Shown piece by piece: positions 9,160-18,858 of a stretch of 55,397 nucleotides of DNA. This stretch comes from an uncultured Endomicrobiia bacterium. GTDB taxonomy: Bacteria; Elusimicrobiota; Endomicrobiia; DTEH01. Each line of letters opens with the position of its first letter. Position 1 is the first letter of the stretch. The position numbers and the translations under genes are program-made. The DNA is taken from contig CALJEJ010000025.1 of the NCBI GenBank assembly GCA_938074745.1, positions 1 to 55,397 on the forward strand. The letters are read 5' to 3'. Below the pieces are notes generated by a model, which saw only the letters and a list, made by a program, of their open reading frames with translations, searched no databases and had not been told where the DNA came from.

Positions 9160-9291
9160 TCTTCCCCTCCCATCGCGGGTACTTCCTAGGTTCAACGATA
9201 GACCGGACTCGTCCTATACCTAAATATTATAGGTTAGGCATCACCGTTGCGTGGGCAGTAATGGATTCTCACCATTTTCCCCCGTTGAACC
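9160..9291 (-). ncRNA. Cobalamin riboswitch, short class-II / AdoCbl-variant-like
   Basis: Minus strand: GGTTCAACG...CGTTGAACC closing stem, GGGAA, AATGG-TGAGAAT-CCATT T-loop hairpin, CTGCCCACGCAACGGTGA, GAGTCCG, and a downstream kissing-loop partner GCGATGGG. Lies upstream of btu/cob genes. Confidence 0.88.
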
Positions 9292-9321
9292 AGTTTGTCA
9301 AAACAAGAGAATTAATGTAAA

Positions 9322-9349
9322 AGTATAAATTTTGAATACAATATGTCAA
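9322..9349 (-). promoter_or_regulatory. Sigma70 promoter of the B12 operon
   Basis: TTGACA-N16-TATACT, about 30 nt upstream of the riboswitch. Confidence 0.7.
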
Positions 9350-9422
9350 TAGTTAGTTTTCTATGAAAAAAATTTCTTGGTTAAATTGGAAAAATTAAGT
9401 TTTAATTTCAAAAACTTGTTCT

Positions 9423-9830
9423 CTAATTTCCTTTATCAACCCGATTTTCTAAAGAATGATGTAAAAACCTTCTTACCAATATAAAAATAATTATTACCAA
9501 ATATCCAATTATGTTATATGGTGTAAATTCCGGTTTAATAAGAATTTTTCGAGAAATTGCAAACAACAAAACATCTACTAATACAGTATAATCTCGGACC
9601 AAAATAAGTTCTGCAAGTTCAATCCCTACAACAATAAGAATAATGGAACTTAAAAAATTAAAAACTTGTGTTTCAATATTTACATTTCCTAAAATGAAAA
9701 GTGAATAAATTACCCAACCAATATTATAAATTAGATATAATAACAAAATTAACGAGACAAGAAAAGTTAAACTTCTTACCAAAATCAAAATTTTCAACTG
9801 CATTTTTTTAAATATATCATTATGTATCAT
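9423..9830 (-). CDS. Small membrane protein, PsiE-like
   Basis: Four hydrophobic segments; VGIEL...DVLLFAISRKIL resembles the PsiE family. Confidence 0.65.
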   Translation of the reverse strand: MIHNDIFKKMQLKILILVRSLTFLVSLILLLYLIYNIGWVIYSLFILGNVNIETQVFNFLSSIILIVVGIELAELILVRDYTVLVDVLLFAISRKILIKPEFTPYNIIGYLVIIIFILVRRFLHHSLENRVDKGN

Positions 9831-9872
9831 AACTTTTTATCCTCTCTCTTAATTACTCTCCTGATAAAAAAC

Positions 9873-11825
9873 TCATAAATTAAATATTTTACTAACATTG
9901 GGGAACAAACCTAGATTAGTATGTGGAATAAACAATGTTGAAGTATACTCGTTCATAAACATAGGGTCGCTAGAAAGATCTATATATGTCATTTTTTGTG
10001 CCACAGCAGCAACTTTTTTACGAACATCTTGGGAATATAAAAACAACTTCGCACCCAACAAAGAAGAATTACCTACAACAACAAATTTTTCTTTAGGCAA
10101 GTCAGGAAATAATCCTAAAACTTGTGCTTTATGAATGTCAATAAAACTTCCAAAGCCACCTGAAATATAAATTTTATCATTATCTTCAAATTTTAAATTT
10201 AGATGGTTTAACAATGTATAAACTCCATGAAACAACGCACCTTTTGATCTGAGTATGTTGTTTATATCGCTTTCTGTAATTACAATATCTTTATTATTTG
10301 CTGTCTCGGTTTTTTCTGCTATAACAAACTCATATTCTCCTTCGTTATTAATTCTTACTCTATTATAAAGTTTAGAATTATGTTTTGTATCACTCTGTTT
10401 TATAAACTTTCCTGCACGGTCAATAATCCCGTTAAAATACAAAACTGCCGGAATACTTATTAACCCTGAACCACAAATGCCAATAGGTTTTACATCTCCA
10501 ATAACCTTATATATTACATCTCCGTTTTTAATTTCCACATCCTCTATTGCACCAACAGTAGCATAAATACCACAGGAAATATCTACACCTTCAAATGCAG
10601 GTCCTATAGAACATGCAGCACATATAATAAAGTCCTTATTACCAATAGCAATTTCTCCATTAGTCCCTAAATCTAACAACAAAGATATTTTCTCTTTCAT
10701 ATCTATACCACAAGAAATTATTCCTGCAACTATGTCACCTCCAACGTAAGAAGCTACCGAAGGGAAAGAATATATGATACCATTTGGATTTATCATAATT
10801 CCAACTTCTTTTGCATGCATAGGTGGTATTTGTGAAATTACAGGAACATATGGTTCTCTACGCACATATTTTGGTGGAATTGAATAAAACAAATGTATCA
10901 TAGTAGTATTTCCAGCAACAACCATTGTATAAATATCTTTTAACGGAACTTTTGCCTGCTCACTAATAACATCTATAAGTTGATTGATAGTATTAACAAT
11001 TTTCTGATTTAATTCATATAATCCTTGTGGATTTTCAGAATAAATGATTCTTGTAATAACATCGTCTCCATAAACCCGTTGTTGATTTAAACTTGTCCTT
11101 GTAGCAACTGTTTCAAGTGTAGTAAGATTTATTAGTGACACAGCAACAGTTGTTGTACCAATATCAACTGCTAATCCATAATATTCTTCATTTTCAGATA
11201 TAGATAAAACATCTACTAATTCGTGTTCTATTTTATCTTTATAAATATTTTCTAACAACAACATTTTTATTTCCCAATTATTATTTCGTAACTTTTCAGG
11301 TAATTCTCTAAGAAAAGAAAAATTATTAAATTTAACATTTTCTATTCCGTTTTCTGCAAGTTCTTTTTCTATACGTTCAAAATCTGCCGTAGGATTATTT
11401 AATGAAGGAGGGTCTATCTTCGGTTTTATAATTTTTAATGGCGGAGATTTTCCCCAACAGTTTTTTTCAAGTATGTGAGCTGGATTAATATTTTCTATAT
11501 AAACAGAAGTTTGGTCTTCTAGTGTTTTTATATATTCTAATTTTGCCTCTTGTAAAACTTCTATTGTTAAGTCTGACTCAGGTACTGTAAGACAGGCAAG
11601 AACTATATTTTGTTTTTTTTCATTTTCTGAAATAAACCTAGTTTCTGCAGTAAAATATTTACCTAAAAGAATTTTAACCTTACATTTTCCACAATTACCC
11701 TTACCACCACAACTCGCATAAATGTTGACCCCGTTGGAAATTAACGAATGCAACAAATTTTCTGTAGTTAACGACTCAAACTCTTTTTTTTCAGGTAGAA
11801 CTTTTATTTTAACTTTTTTCAGCAT
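9873..11825 (-). CDS. acsV: Reductive activator of corrinoid proteins (RACo/AcsV), 2Fe-2S plus ASKHA ATPase
   Basis: CGGKGNCGKC...LAC, DIGTTT, YGDDVITRI, YVGGDI, DLGTNGE, GPAFEG, GICGSG. Confidence 0.93.
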   Translation of the reverse strand: MLKKVKIKVLPEKKEFESLTTENLLHSLISNGVNIYASCGGKGNCGKCKVKILLGKYFTAETRFISENEKKQNIVLACLTVPESDLTIEVLQEAKLEYIKTLEDQTSVYIENINPAHILEKNCWGKSPPLKIIKPKIDPPSLNNPTADFERIEKELAENGIENVKFNNFSFLRELPEKLRNNNWEIKMLLLENIYKDKIEHELVDVLSISENEEYYGLAVDIGTTTVAVSLINLTTLETVATRTSLNQQRVYGDDVITRIIYSENPQGLYELNQKIVNTINQLIDVISEQAKVPLKDIYTMVVAGNTTMIHLFYSIPPKYVRREPYVPVISQIPPMHAKEVGIMINPNGIIYSFPSVASYVGGDIVAGIISCGIDMKEKISLLLDLGTNGEIAIGNKDFIICAACSIGPAFEGVDISCGIYATVGAIEDVEIKNGDVIYKVIGDVKPIGICGSGLISIPAVLYFNGIIDRAGKFIKQSDTKHNSKLYNRVRINNEGEYEFVIAEKTETANNKDIVITESDINNILRSKGALFHGVYTLLNHLNLKFEDNDKIYISGGFGSFIDIHKAQVLGLFPDLPKEKFVVVGNSSLLGAKLFLYSQDVRKKVAAVAQKMTYIDLSSDPMFMNEYTSTLFIPHTNLGLFPNVSKIFNL

Positions 11826-11875
11826 AACTGTTTTGGTATTTAATTGAAATTTTGTCTATAAGTTATATCTTCAAA

Positions 11876-13213
11876 TTACTTTGCTAAAGTTTTTAGAAAT
11901 TTAGGTATACCTGAAGCTTCCTTAGGTCCAACAATAATCTTCCAGTCTGATAACAAATCGTTTAATTTACCACTCATAACAGCAACATAACCAGGAATAA
12001 TTAATGTTTTATGTGTTATTAATTGTTCAACATTATGTTTTTTTATTGCATCAACAACTTTTTCTGCAGTAAACTTTTCCGCAGCCCAAGCAGTAAGTAC
12101 TGATAAACCATCAGTATCTACTATTAATAACCAAGAAGGTATTTTTGAATTTATTATTTCTGGTTCTACTGAATAATATGTTAAAGAAAAATTTGTAGTC
12201 ACCAACAATGGCGAATCTGGGGTTGGTTCACCACCAACTTTGTAAAGTTTAGGTTCTACAATAACAGGTTTTTGTGGGTCAGTATAAATGTTTAACCTCA
12301 GAGTTATCAATGATAAATAAACTTCAGCAGATGTGTTGTTCAACACCAACACACTTGCATATTTTAAAACACCTGTAGTTGCAATCACAAGTGTTTCATT
12401 AATATCTTCTGAATCTATTAATAAAAAAGTAGGATATCCAAAAGGACGAAAATTTTTTTTCAAAGCAAGTTTACGTATTTGTGTTAAATATTCTAAAACC
12501 TGAATATTGTTTCTAACAGGAATATCTAACAATATTTCTCTATATCCTGACTGGACCACAGTGTTCACTATAGATACAATATCGTCTAAATTTTCTCCAC
12601 TAACAATTAACGGAACATTGTATTCTTTTGCAATATTAACAAATTTTTCTATATTATTTTTTCTGCCAAATCCTATTAAATCTATCTTCCTTATTTTCAT
12701 TATTTCAGGGATAACATCAGGATTTTCTGTTCCTAAAGCTAATATTGTTTCTTTTCCTTGAAATTTTGTAATAACATTTTTTATTTTTTCTATATTTTCT
12801 TGAGAACTGCTATCCTCAATTTTGACAAATACCATTTCAGGATTATACTTTTTCCCCACACGGTCAAATACTAAACTGTTAAATATGTTTATTCTTCTAT
12901 CTATTTCGGTATCAGAAAATGTATCTTTTATTAACATACCAATGATACAAGGGTTATAAAATGTTTTCTCATGGCGGAACAACACTGTCTCACCACCAAC
13001 CTTGTATTTTTCAGCAATTGTAACAGTTCTTATAGGCGGTTCTGAGGCTTCCTGCAAGATACGTTTTGTTTCTTCGCTAACATCAGGACATTTTTCTAAC
13101 GCAACTTTTTTTGCTGCTAATGCCATTGCAAATGCCAAACATGTTGGAAATCCACATTTTTTACAGTTTGTTTTTGGAAGTAATTTATATATTTCTAATC
13201 CCGTTAGTGCCAT
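11876..13213 (-). CDS. acsC: Corrinoid iron-sulfur protein large subunit (CFeSP gamma)
   Basis: LLPKTNCKKCGFPTCLAFA...CP, GGETVLFRHEKTF, NIYTDPQKP, VTTNFSLTY, LSVLTAWAA. Confidence 0.95.
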   Translation of the reverse strand: MALTGLEIYKLLPKTNCKKCGFPTCLAFAMALAAKKVALEKCPDVSEETKRILQEASEPPIRTVTIAEKYKVGGETVLFRHEKTFYNPCIIGMLIKDTFSDTEIDRRINIFNSLVFDRVGKKYNPEMVFVKIEDSSSQENIEKIKNVITKFQGKETILALGTENPDVIPEIMKIRKIDLIGFGRKNNIEKFVNIAKEYNVPLIVSGENLDDIVSIVNTVVQSGYREILLDIPVRNNIQVLEYLTQIRKLALKKNFRPFGYPTFLLIDSEDINETLVIATTGVLKYASVLVLNNTSAEVYLSLITLRLNIYTDPQKPVIVEPKLYKVGGEPTPDSPLLVTTNFSLTYYSVEPEIINSKIPSWLLIVDTDGLSVLTAWAAEKFTAEKVVDAIKKHNVEQLITHKTLIIPGYVAVMSGKLNDLLSDWKIIVGPKEASGIPKFLKTLAK

Positions 13214-13214
13214 A

Positions 13215-13838
13215 TTATATAACCCTCCGTTTTTGTATTAATAAAATTTCAAGTTCTTTAGTTATTCTTGAATTTAGTCGTACTTGTGTAAAATATGGAT
13301 TGTAATCAGGATGGTTAATATATAAATTATAAACTGCCTCTTGGTTAGGAATAAATAAATCTATTTTAAACTCACCAGTACTATCTGAAAAAGTTTCGTA
13401 AACAATAAATTTATCATTTTCATCTTTTAACACTACTCTTGCATTAAAAACAAAATTTTGTTTATCTGTAGTATGAGAATAACCAATTATTTTTCCTATC
13501 AGAACAGTTTTATTTTCTTGTAAAACACTCATTTCTTTTTCATTTATAAAATTTGTTGGATGTCTAATTAGGAACATTCTCGCTGTAGTATATCCTAACA
13601 TAGCAAGTACAAAATTCGCTACCGACCAAAAAAATATTAGCATAAACAATATTTTTATAGTTTTTTTAGGAATAAAAATTATATCTTTTCGAGAAAGAAA
13701 AATGTATAAAACCAAAATTAAACTTATCCAAAAAACATTGCAGATTAAAAACCACAATTTGGAGGAGACTATCGGAAGAAAATAGGAAATTAAGATATTT
13801 GTAACGATAGTTATACTTAACAATAAAATTTGTTCCAT
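13215..13838 (-). CDS. Hypothetical membrane protein with C-terminal carboxypeptidase-regulatory-like domain
   Basis: Three TM segments followed by IGKI...ARVVL...SDSTGEF...Y.L...HPDY. Confidence 0.6.
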   Translation of the reverse strand: MEQILLLSITIVTNILISYFLPIVSSKLWFLICNVFWISLILVLYIFLSRKDIIFIPKKTIKILFMLIFFWSVANFVLAMLGYTTARMFLIRHPTNFINEKEMSVLQENKTVLIGKIIGYSHTTDKQNFVFNARVVLKDENDKFIVYETFSDSTGEFKIDLFIPNQEAVYNLYINHPDYNPYFTQVRLNSRITKELEILLIQKRRVI

Positions 13839-13850
13839 TAAAAGTATCTT

Positions 13851-14555
13851 TTATTTTATAATGGTTCCTACATCTGAAGAACCTTTTAATACTTTTAATA
13901 AATTGCCTTTCTTATACAAATTAAACACTATCACAGGCAAATTGTTATCCATACATAAAGTAAATGCTGTTGTATCCATAATTTTTAATTTTTTATTTAT
14001 GGCTTCTATAAAAGTTAATGTCTTATATTTTTTAGCATGGACATTCTTTAATGGATCATCAGTATAAACACCATCAACTTGAGTAGCTTTTAATAAAACT
14101 TCTGCTTTCAACTCTACAGCCCGTAACGCTGCTGTTGTATCTGTAGTAAAATATGGATTACCGGTCCCACCAGCAAAAATTACAATTCTACCTTTTTCTA
14201 AATGTCGTATAGCTCTACGACGAATGTACGGTTCTGCTATTTTAGGCATTTCAATTGCTGTCATAACACGGGTAACTAACCCAACATCTTCTAAGGCTGA
14301 TTGTAATGCTAAAGCATTTATTACTGTAGCAAGCATACCCATATAATCTGCAGTTGTGCGTTCTATAAAATCAACATCTTTACCACGTAAAATGTTCCCA
14401 GCACCTATTACTATTCCAAGCTGAACTTTAATAACATCTAATGTTGTCTTTATTTCCTTTGCCACATTATACAATGAAACTTTGTCAATACCAGTTTTAG
14501 AACTTTTTTTACCTAAACTTTCTCCTGAAAGTTTTAATATTACTCTGTGATACAT
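13851..14555 (-). CDS. pyrH: UMP kinase
   Basis: LKLSGESL, DYMGMLAT, GTGNPYFTTDT, VDGVY. Confidence 0.97.
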   Translation of the reverse strand: MYHRVILKLSGESLGKKSSKTGIDKVSLYNVAKEIKTTLDVIKVQLGIVIGAGNILRGKDVDFIERTTADYMGMLATVINALALQSALEDVGLVTRVMTAIEMPKIAEPYIRRRAIRHLEKGRIVIFAGGTGNPYFTTDTTAALRAVELKAEVLLKATQVDGVYTDDPLKNVHAKKYKTLTFIEAINKKLKIMDTTAFTLCMDNNLPVIVFNLYKKGNLLKVLKGSSDVGTIIK

Positions 14556-14577
14556 AATTTAGTTTTAATTAAAAAAT

Positions 14578-15201
14578 TTATTCTTCACCAAGTACATATC
14601 TTGTAAATCTCTTGATAGATATATTTTCGCCCAATTTAGATATAGCTTCTAAAATTAAATCTTTAACTTTTTGTTTTCCTTGGGTATCTCGAATATATGG
14701 TTGTTCTAATAGACAAGTTTCTTCATAAAATTTTTCAATTCTACCTTCAACAATTTTTTCTATTACTGAATGAGGTTTTGATTTGTTTTTTTCATCTTGT
14801 AGAAGTTGTTTTTTATAAATTTCTTTCTCTTGTTCTAAAACACTTTGTGGCACATCTTCTTTTTTAATCCACTTGGGGTTACAAGCAGCAATCTGTAAAC
14901 AAATTTCTTTTGCTAATTTCTTGAATTCATCTGTACGAGCTACAAAGTCTGTTTCACAATTTATTTCCAACAACACTCCAATTTTATCTCCAGCATGAAT
15001 ATATGCCGCTATAATACCATTATTTGCTACCCGTTCAGATTTGCTTAAAGCTTTTGTAATTCCACGTTCTCTTAAGAGTATTAATGCCTTATCAATATCA
15101 AAATTACTTTCTTCTAATGCTTTTTTACAATCAAGAATACCGGCACCTGAGATATTACGTAATTTTTGAATTAAATTAGTAATTTGTTGTTTAGAATCCA
15201 T
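14578..15201 (-). CDS. tsf: Elongation factor Ts (short form)
   Basis: LRNISGAGILDCKKAL, EINCETDFVA. Confidence 0.97.
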   Translation of the reverse strand: MDSKQQITNLIQKLRNISGAGILDCKKALEESNFDIDKALILLRERGITKALSKSERVANNGIIAAYIHAGDKIGVLLEINCETDFVARTDEFKKLAKEICLQIAACNPKWIKKEDVPQSVLEQEKEIYKKQLLQDEKNKSKPHSVIEKIVEGRIEKFYEETCLLEQPYIRDTQGKQKVKDLILEAISKLGENISIKRFTRYVLGEE

Positions 15202-15229
15202 TTTTGTATTTTACTCCTTTCTAAAAAAA

Positions 15230-16030
15230 TTAATTATCTTCTTCGGTAGAACTTAAATTTATTGGCTGGTCTATATCTTCCAACAATTCTCCTTCAGAGA
15301 TAGGAATTTCTTGGTCAGTAACTTTTTGTGCAATTGGCTTTTCTGAATACAACTGTTTACCTTCAATAACTGCGTCAGCAATTATTGAACAAATAAGTTT
15401 TATTGAACGGATAGCGTCATCGTTAGCAGGAATAGGATAATCCACAACATCAGGATCAGCATCAGTATCACATATTGCAACAATAGGAATTTTCATTTTT
15501 CTTGCTTCTTTAACTGCAATTTCTTCTTTCACTGTATCCACAATAAAAATTATACCTGGTAGACTTTCCATATTTCGTATTCCTTCTAATGTTGTGGCAA
15601 GTTTGTTTAATTGTTTCATTTTCATTGTAGCTTCTTTCTTTGATAATTGTTCAAATATACCTTCGTTTTTCATTTTTTCTAACTGGTTAAGTTTTTGAAT
15701 AGATTTTTTTATAGTCTCAAAATTGGTCAAAGTACCACCAAGCCATCTGTTGTTTACATAAAATGCGCCACATCGTTGTGCTTCTGATTTTATAATTTGT
15801 TGTGCCTGTGGTTTTGTACCAACAAAAAGAATTGTTTTCCCTTCTGCTATACTGTCACGAACAAATCTATATACACGTCTTAACTCGCGAATAGTTTTTT
15901 GTAAGTCAAGTATATGAATTTTATTCTTTGCAGCAAAAATATATTTTTTCATTTTAGGGTTCCATTTTCGTGTCTGATGACCAAAATGGACCCCAGATTC
16001 TAATAATGTTTTTATACTTACATTTACCAT
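15230..16030 (-). CDS. rpsB: 30S ribosomal protein S2
   Basis: [30 protein letters not shown]. Confidence 0.98.
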   Translation of the reverse strand: MVNVSIKTLLESGVHFGHQTRKWNPKMKKYIFAAKNKIHILDLQKTIRELRRVYRFVRDSIAEGKTILFVGTKPQAQQIIKSEAQRCGAFYVNNRWLGGTLTNFETIKKSIQKLNQLEKMKNEGIFEQLSKKEATMKMKQLNKLATTLEGIRNMESLPGIIFIVDTVKEEIAVKEARKMKIPIVAICDTDADPDVVDYPIPANDDAIRSIKLICSIIADAVIEGKQLYSEKPIAQKVTDQEIPISEGELLEDIDQPINLSSTEEDN

Positions 16031-16099
16031 ACTTTATAACCCTCCCTTTTAGTTATCAATTTGTGAAATTTAAAAAAGATAAAATTACCTATTGTTTTT

Positions 16100-16921
16100 T
16101 TATAAAACTTTTGTCGAAATAGTTGTTTTTTCTATAACAATAGTTTTAGTAGGACATTTAGTTACACAAATTTGGCAATTATCACACTTTTCATATTTCA
16201 TAATTGCAAGATTGTTATCCAGATAAATATCGTTCTTAGGGCACGACTTTACACAAATCCCACAACCTATACATCCTGTGGAACACATTTGTTTTACAAC
16301 TACACCTTTATCTTTTGAAGCACATCTTATATGGACTTGAAATTTGCAGGGGACCAACTTTATAATTTTTTTAGGACATTCGGATACACAAAGTCCACAA
16401 CCTGTACATTTTAAGATATCAACTTCTGCAACACCATTTTTATTAATAAAAATAGCATCAAAAGGACAAACTTCTACACAATCGCCAAAACCTAAACATG
16501 CATATTTACACATTTTTTGTCCTTGGAAAAAATTTGTTGCATACGAACATTTTTGTTCACCTTTATATACAAAATCGTCCTTACAATTTGTTCCACCATT
16601 ACACATAACTTGGGCAACTAATCGTTCTATTTGTGAAATTTCTTTACCGACTATTGAAGCAATTTTTTTTGCAGTTTCTTCACCGCCAGGACGACATAAG
16701 GTTATGTCTACATTTTGTAAAAGTATAGCCTCTGCATATTGTTCACAACCTACATATCCACAAGCGCCACAGTTTGCTTTGGGTAACGAATCTAATATTT
16801 CATTTTTTTTAGGGTCGGAATGTACCTCAAATTTTTTTGCTGCAAAACCTAAACCTAAACCTATCAAAATGCTCGTTATTGCCATTAGTAGTGTGGAATA
16901 AATAATAATTTGTGTTTGCAT
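16100..16921 (-). CDS. rnfB: Rnf complex subunit B
   Basis: N-terminal TM, LPKANCGACGYVGC, several CxxCxxCxxxCP motifs; probable start MQTQII. Confidence 0.93.
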   Translation of the reverse strand: MQTQIIIYSTLLMAITSILIGLGLGFAAKKFEVHSDPKKNEILDSLPKANCGACGYVGCEQYAEAILLQNVDITLCRPGGEETAKKIASIVGKEISQIERLVAQVMCNGGTNCKDDFVYKGEQKCSYATNFFQGQKMCKYACLGFGDCVEVCPFDAIFINKNGVAEVDILKCTGCGLCVSECPKKIIKLVPCKFQVHIRCASKDKGVVVKQMCSTGCIGCGICVKSCPKNDIYLDNNLAIMKYEKCDNCQICVTKCPTKTIVIEKTTISTKVL

Positions 16922-17000
16922 ACGACTAAATAATAAACCAAACTTTTGTTTATAAGTGTTTGAAGTCAAAGTTGGTAATTGGTCAATTTTTATTTGTTTA

Positions 17001-17537
17001 TTATTTTTCTTTTACCATATAAACATTCTTTTCTTCAGCCCAACGCCTATCCATTCGTTCAATCATTTCGGCAATTTTTAATGTTCTTTCATCCATCTTT
17101 TCAAGCAACGCTCTTGTTTCTCTTCTTCCTTCTTCAATCATCTGTTGTACCTTATCAATCATCTGTTGTGTCTTCTCAAGCATCACTTGGAGCCTTTTAT
17201 TTCCTTCATCTATCAGCTGTTGTGTCTTCTCAAGCATTTGCTGTACTCTTTTGTTACCTTCGTCAATCATCTGCTGTGTCTTTTCAAGCATCTGCTGTGT
17301 CCTTTTGTTACCCTCATCTATCATCTGTTGAGTCCTTTCAAACATCTCTTGTACCCTTTTGTTTCCTTCATCAATCATCTGTTGAGTTATTCTATTACCC
17401 TCAGCAATCATTTGTTTTGCTAATTTATCTTCGCTTTTAAGCAACCTGTCAGTCCTTATGCTTAAAAAAACTGCAAATATTATACTCATTACTCCTAAAC
17501 CAATACCAACTAATTCCATTTTTTCACCCCCATCCAA
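17001..17537 (-). CDS. Membrane-anchored coiled-coil tandem-repeat protein
   Basis: One N-terminal TM, then 18-aa repeats of the type TQQMIDEGNKRxQxMLEK. Confidence 0.8.
   Translation of the reverse strand: MDGGEKMELVGIGLGVMSIIFAVFLSIRTDRLLKSEDKLAKQMIAEGNRITQQMIDEGNKRVQEMFERTQQMIDEGNKRTQQMLEKTQQMIDEGNKRVQQMLEKTQQLIDEGNKRLQVMLEKTQQMIDKVQQMIEEGRRETRALLEKMDERTLKIAEMIERMDRRWAEEKNVYMVKEK
17137..17420. repeat. Intragenic 54-bp tandem repeat
   Basis: ATCATCTGTTG-like anchor at 17158, 17212, 17266, 17320 and 17374 (exact 54-bp period). Confidence 0.9.
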
Positions 17538-17555
17538 AATAAAGGTGTCGTATAA

Positions 17556-18146
17556 TTAAAACCCGAACAAACCTATTAGCCCCATAAATGATAAAGACAT
17601 TATAGCTGCTGTGATAAACACAATCCCGTAACCTTTTACAGCGTTAGGCAACGGTGCAATTTCTAACCGTTCTCTAATTGAAGAAAACAAAATTATTGCT
17701 AAAGAATATCCTGTAGCAGTCCCTACAGCAAAAACAATTGATTGTAGAAAATTAAATTTGTAATCTACAACAAGAAACGTAACTCCGAGTATTGCACAAT
17801 TGGTCGTAATAAGAGGCAAATAAATCCCTAACGCTTTGAACAACATAGGCAAATTTTTTTTCATAAACAGTTCTACAAGTTGTACTAACGAAGAAATTAC
17901 TAAAATAAAAACTATAATTTTTAAAAACACAAGGTTTAACGGTATCAAAACAAAATTGTAAATTAACCATGAAATTGTTGTAGCTAAAGACATTACAAAA
18001 GTTACTGCTAAAGACATACCTAACGCAGACGAAAGTCGGTTTGATACACCAAAAAATGAGCACAGACCAATAAACCGCATCAAAATTATGTTGTTAACAA
18101 AAATTGACGAAACAAGAATTGCAATTAATGGAGTATTAGAATTCAT
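17556..18146 (-). CDS. rnfA: Rnf complex subunit A
   Basis: NNIILMRFIGLCSFFG, LGIYLPLITTNCAILG, IRERL. Confidence 0.95.
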   Translation of the reverse strand: MNSNTPLIAILVSSIFVNNIILMRFIGLCSFFGVSNRLSSALGMSLAVTFVMSLATTISWLIYNFVLIPLNLVFLKIIVFILVISSLVQLVELFMKKNLPMLFKALGIYLPLITTNCAILGVTFLVVDYKFNFLQSIVFAVGTATGYSLAIILFSSIRERLEIAPLPNAVKGYGIVFITAAIMSLSFMGLIGLFGF

Positions 18147-18158
18147 TTTTAGTAGAGT

Positions 18159-18854
18159 TTAACCAGATTTTTTAATATTTGCTTGTAGTTGTCCAATACA
18201 AATTAATTTCATTGTACAACCTTCACATTCTGAAGGTAGATTACTAACAATTTTCTTTTTATCTTTTTTAACCTTGTTTTCAATATATTTTACTAAAGTT
18301 ACCAAACATCCTATTACTAAAAATGCTCCGGGAGGTAAAATCATTATTACAGCAGGGTTAGATAATATAGGTTTTGAATTAAAAATTGTACCTGAACCTA
18401 AAAATTCTCGGATTATCCCTAAACTAACTATAGCAACAAAAAATCCAAAACCCATACCTAAGCCGTCAACAATTGAATGAACAACAGAGTTTTTATAAGC
18501 GAACGCTTCTGCTCGGGCTAAAATTATGCAGTTTACTACTATTAATGGAACAAACACGCCAAGGTTATCAGAAAGTCTTGGTGCGTATGCTTGCATTACG
18601 TAATCTACTATAGTAGTAAATGTGGCAATAATTACTATAAACACAGGGATCCTTATTTGAGTCGGTATTATTTTTCTTATCATTGAAACAATAAAATTTG
18701 AACATACAAGAACAAATGTTGCTGCTATACTCATACCAACTGCATCAGTTGCAGTAGTAGAACAAGCTAATACTGGACACAACCCTATCGCCATTATTAA
18801 TACAGGATTTTCTTTAAGTATCCCATTTAAAAAAATTTGTATTATTTTTTTCAT
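18159..18854 (-). CDS. rnfE: Rnf complex subunit E
   Basis: ENPVL...GLCPVLA, PLIVVNCIILARAE, LPPGAF. Confidence 0.95.
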   Translation of the reverse strand: MKKIIQIFLNGILKENPVLIMAIGLCPVLACSTTATDAVGMSIAATFVLVCSNFIVSMIRKIIPTQIRIPVFIVIIATFTTIVDYVMQAYAPRLSDNLGVFVPLIVVNCIILARAEAFAYKNSVVHSIVDGLGMGFGFFVAIVSLGIIREFLGSGTIFNSKPILSNPAVIMILPPGAFLVIGCLVTLVKYIENKVKKDKKKIVSNLPSECEGCTMKLICIGQLQANIKKSG

Positions 18855-18858
18855 AAAT

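Noticed and set aside
11876-13213. Mercury methylase HgcA
   Set aside because: Lacks the N(V/I)WCA(A/G)GK cap helix and the TM domain; it has the N-terminal 4Fe-4S motif and LSVLTAWAA of AcsC.
16979-17440. Repetitive plus-strand ORFs, or a possible CRISPR array
   Set aside because: This is the antisense of the coiled-coil gene. The repeats are contiguous, in frame and degenerate, with no unique spacers and no cas genes.
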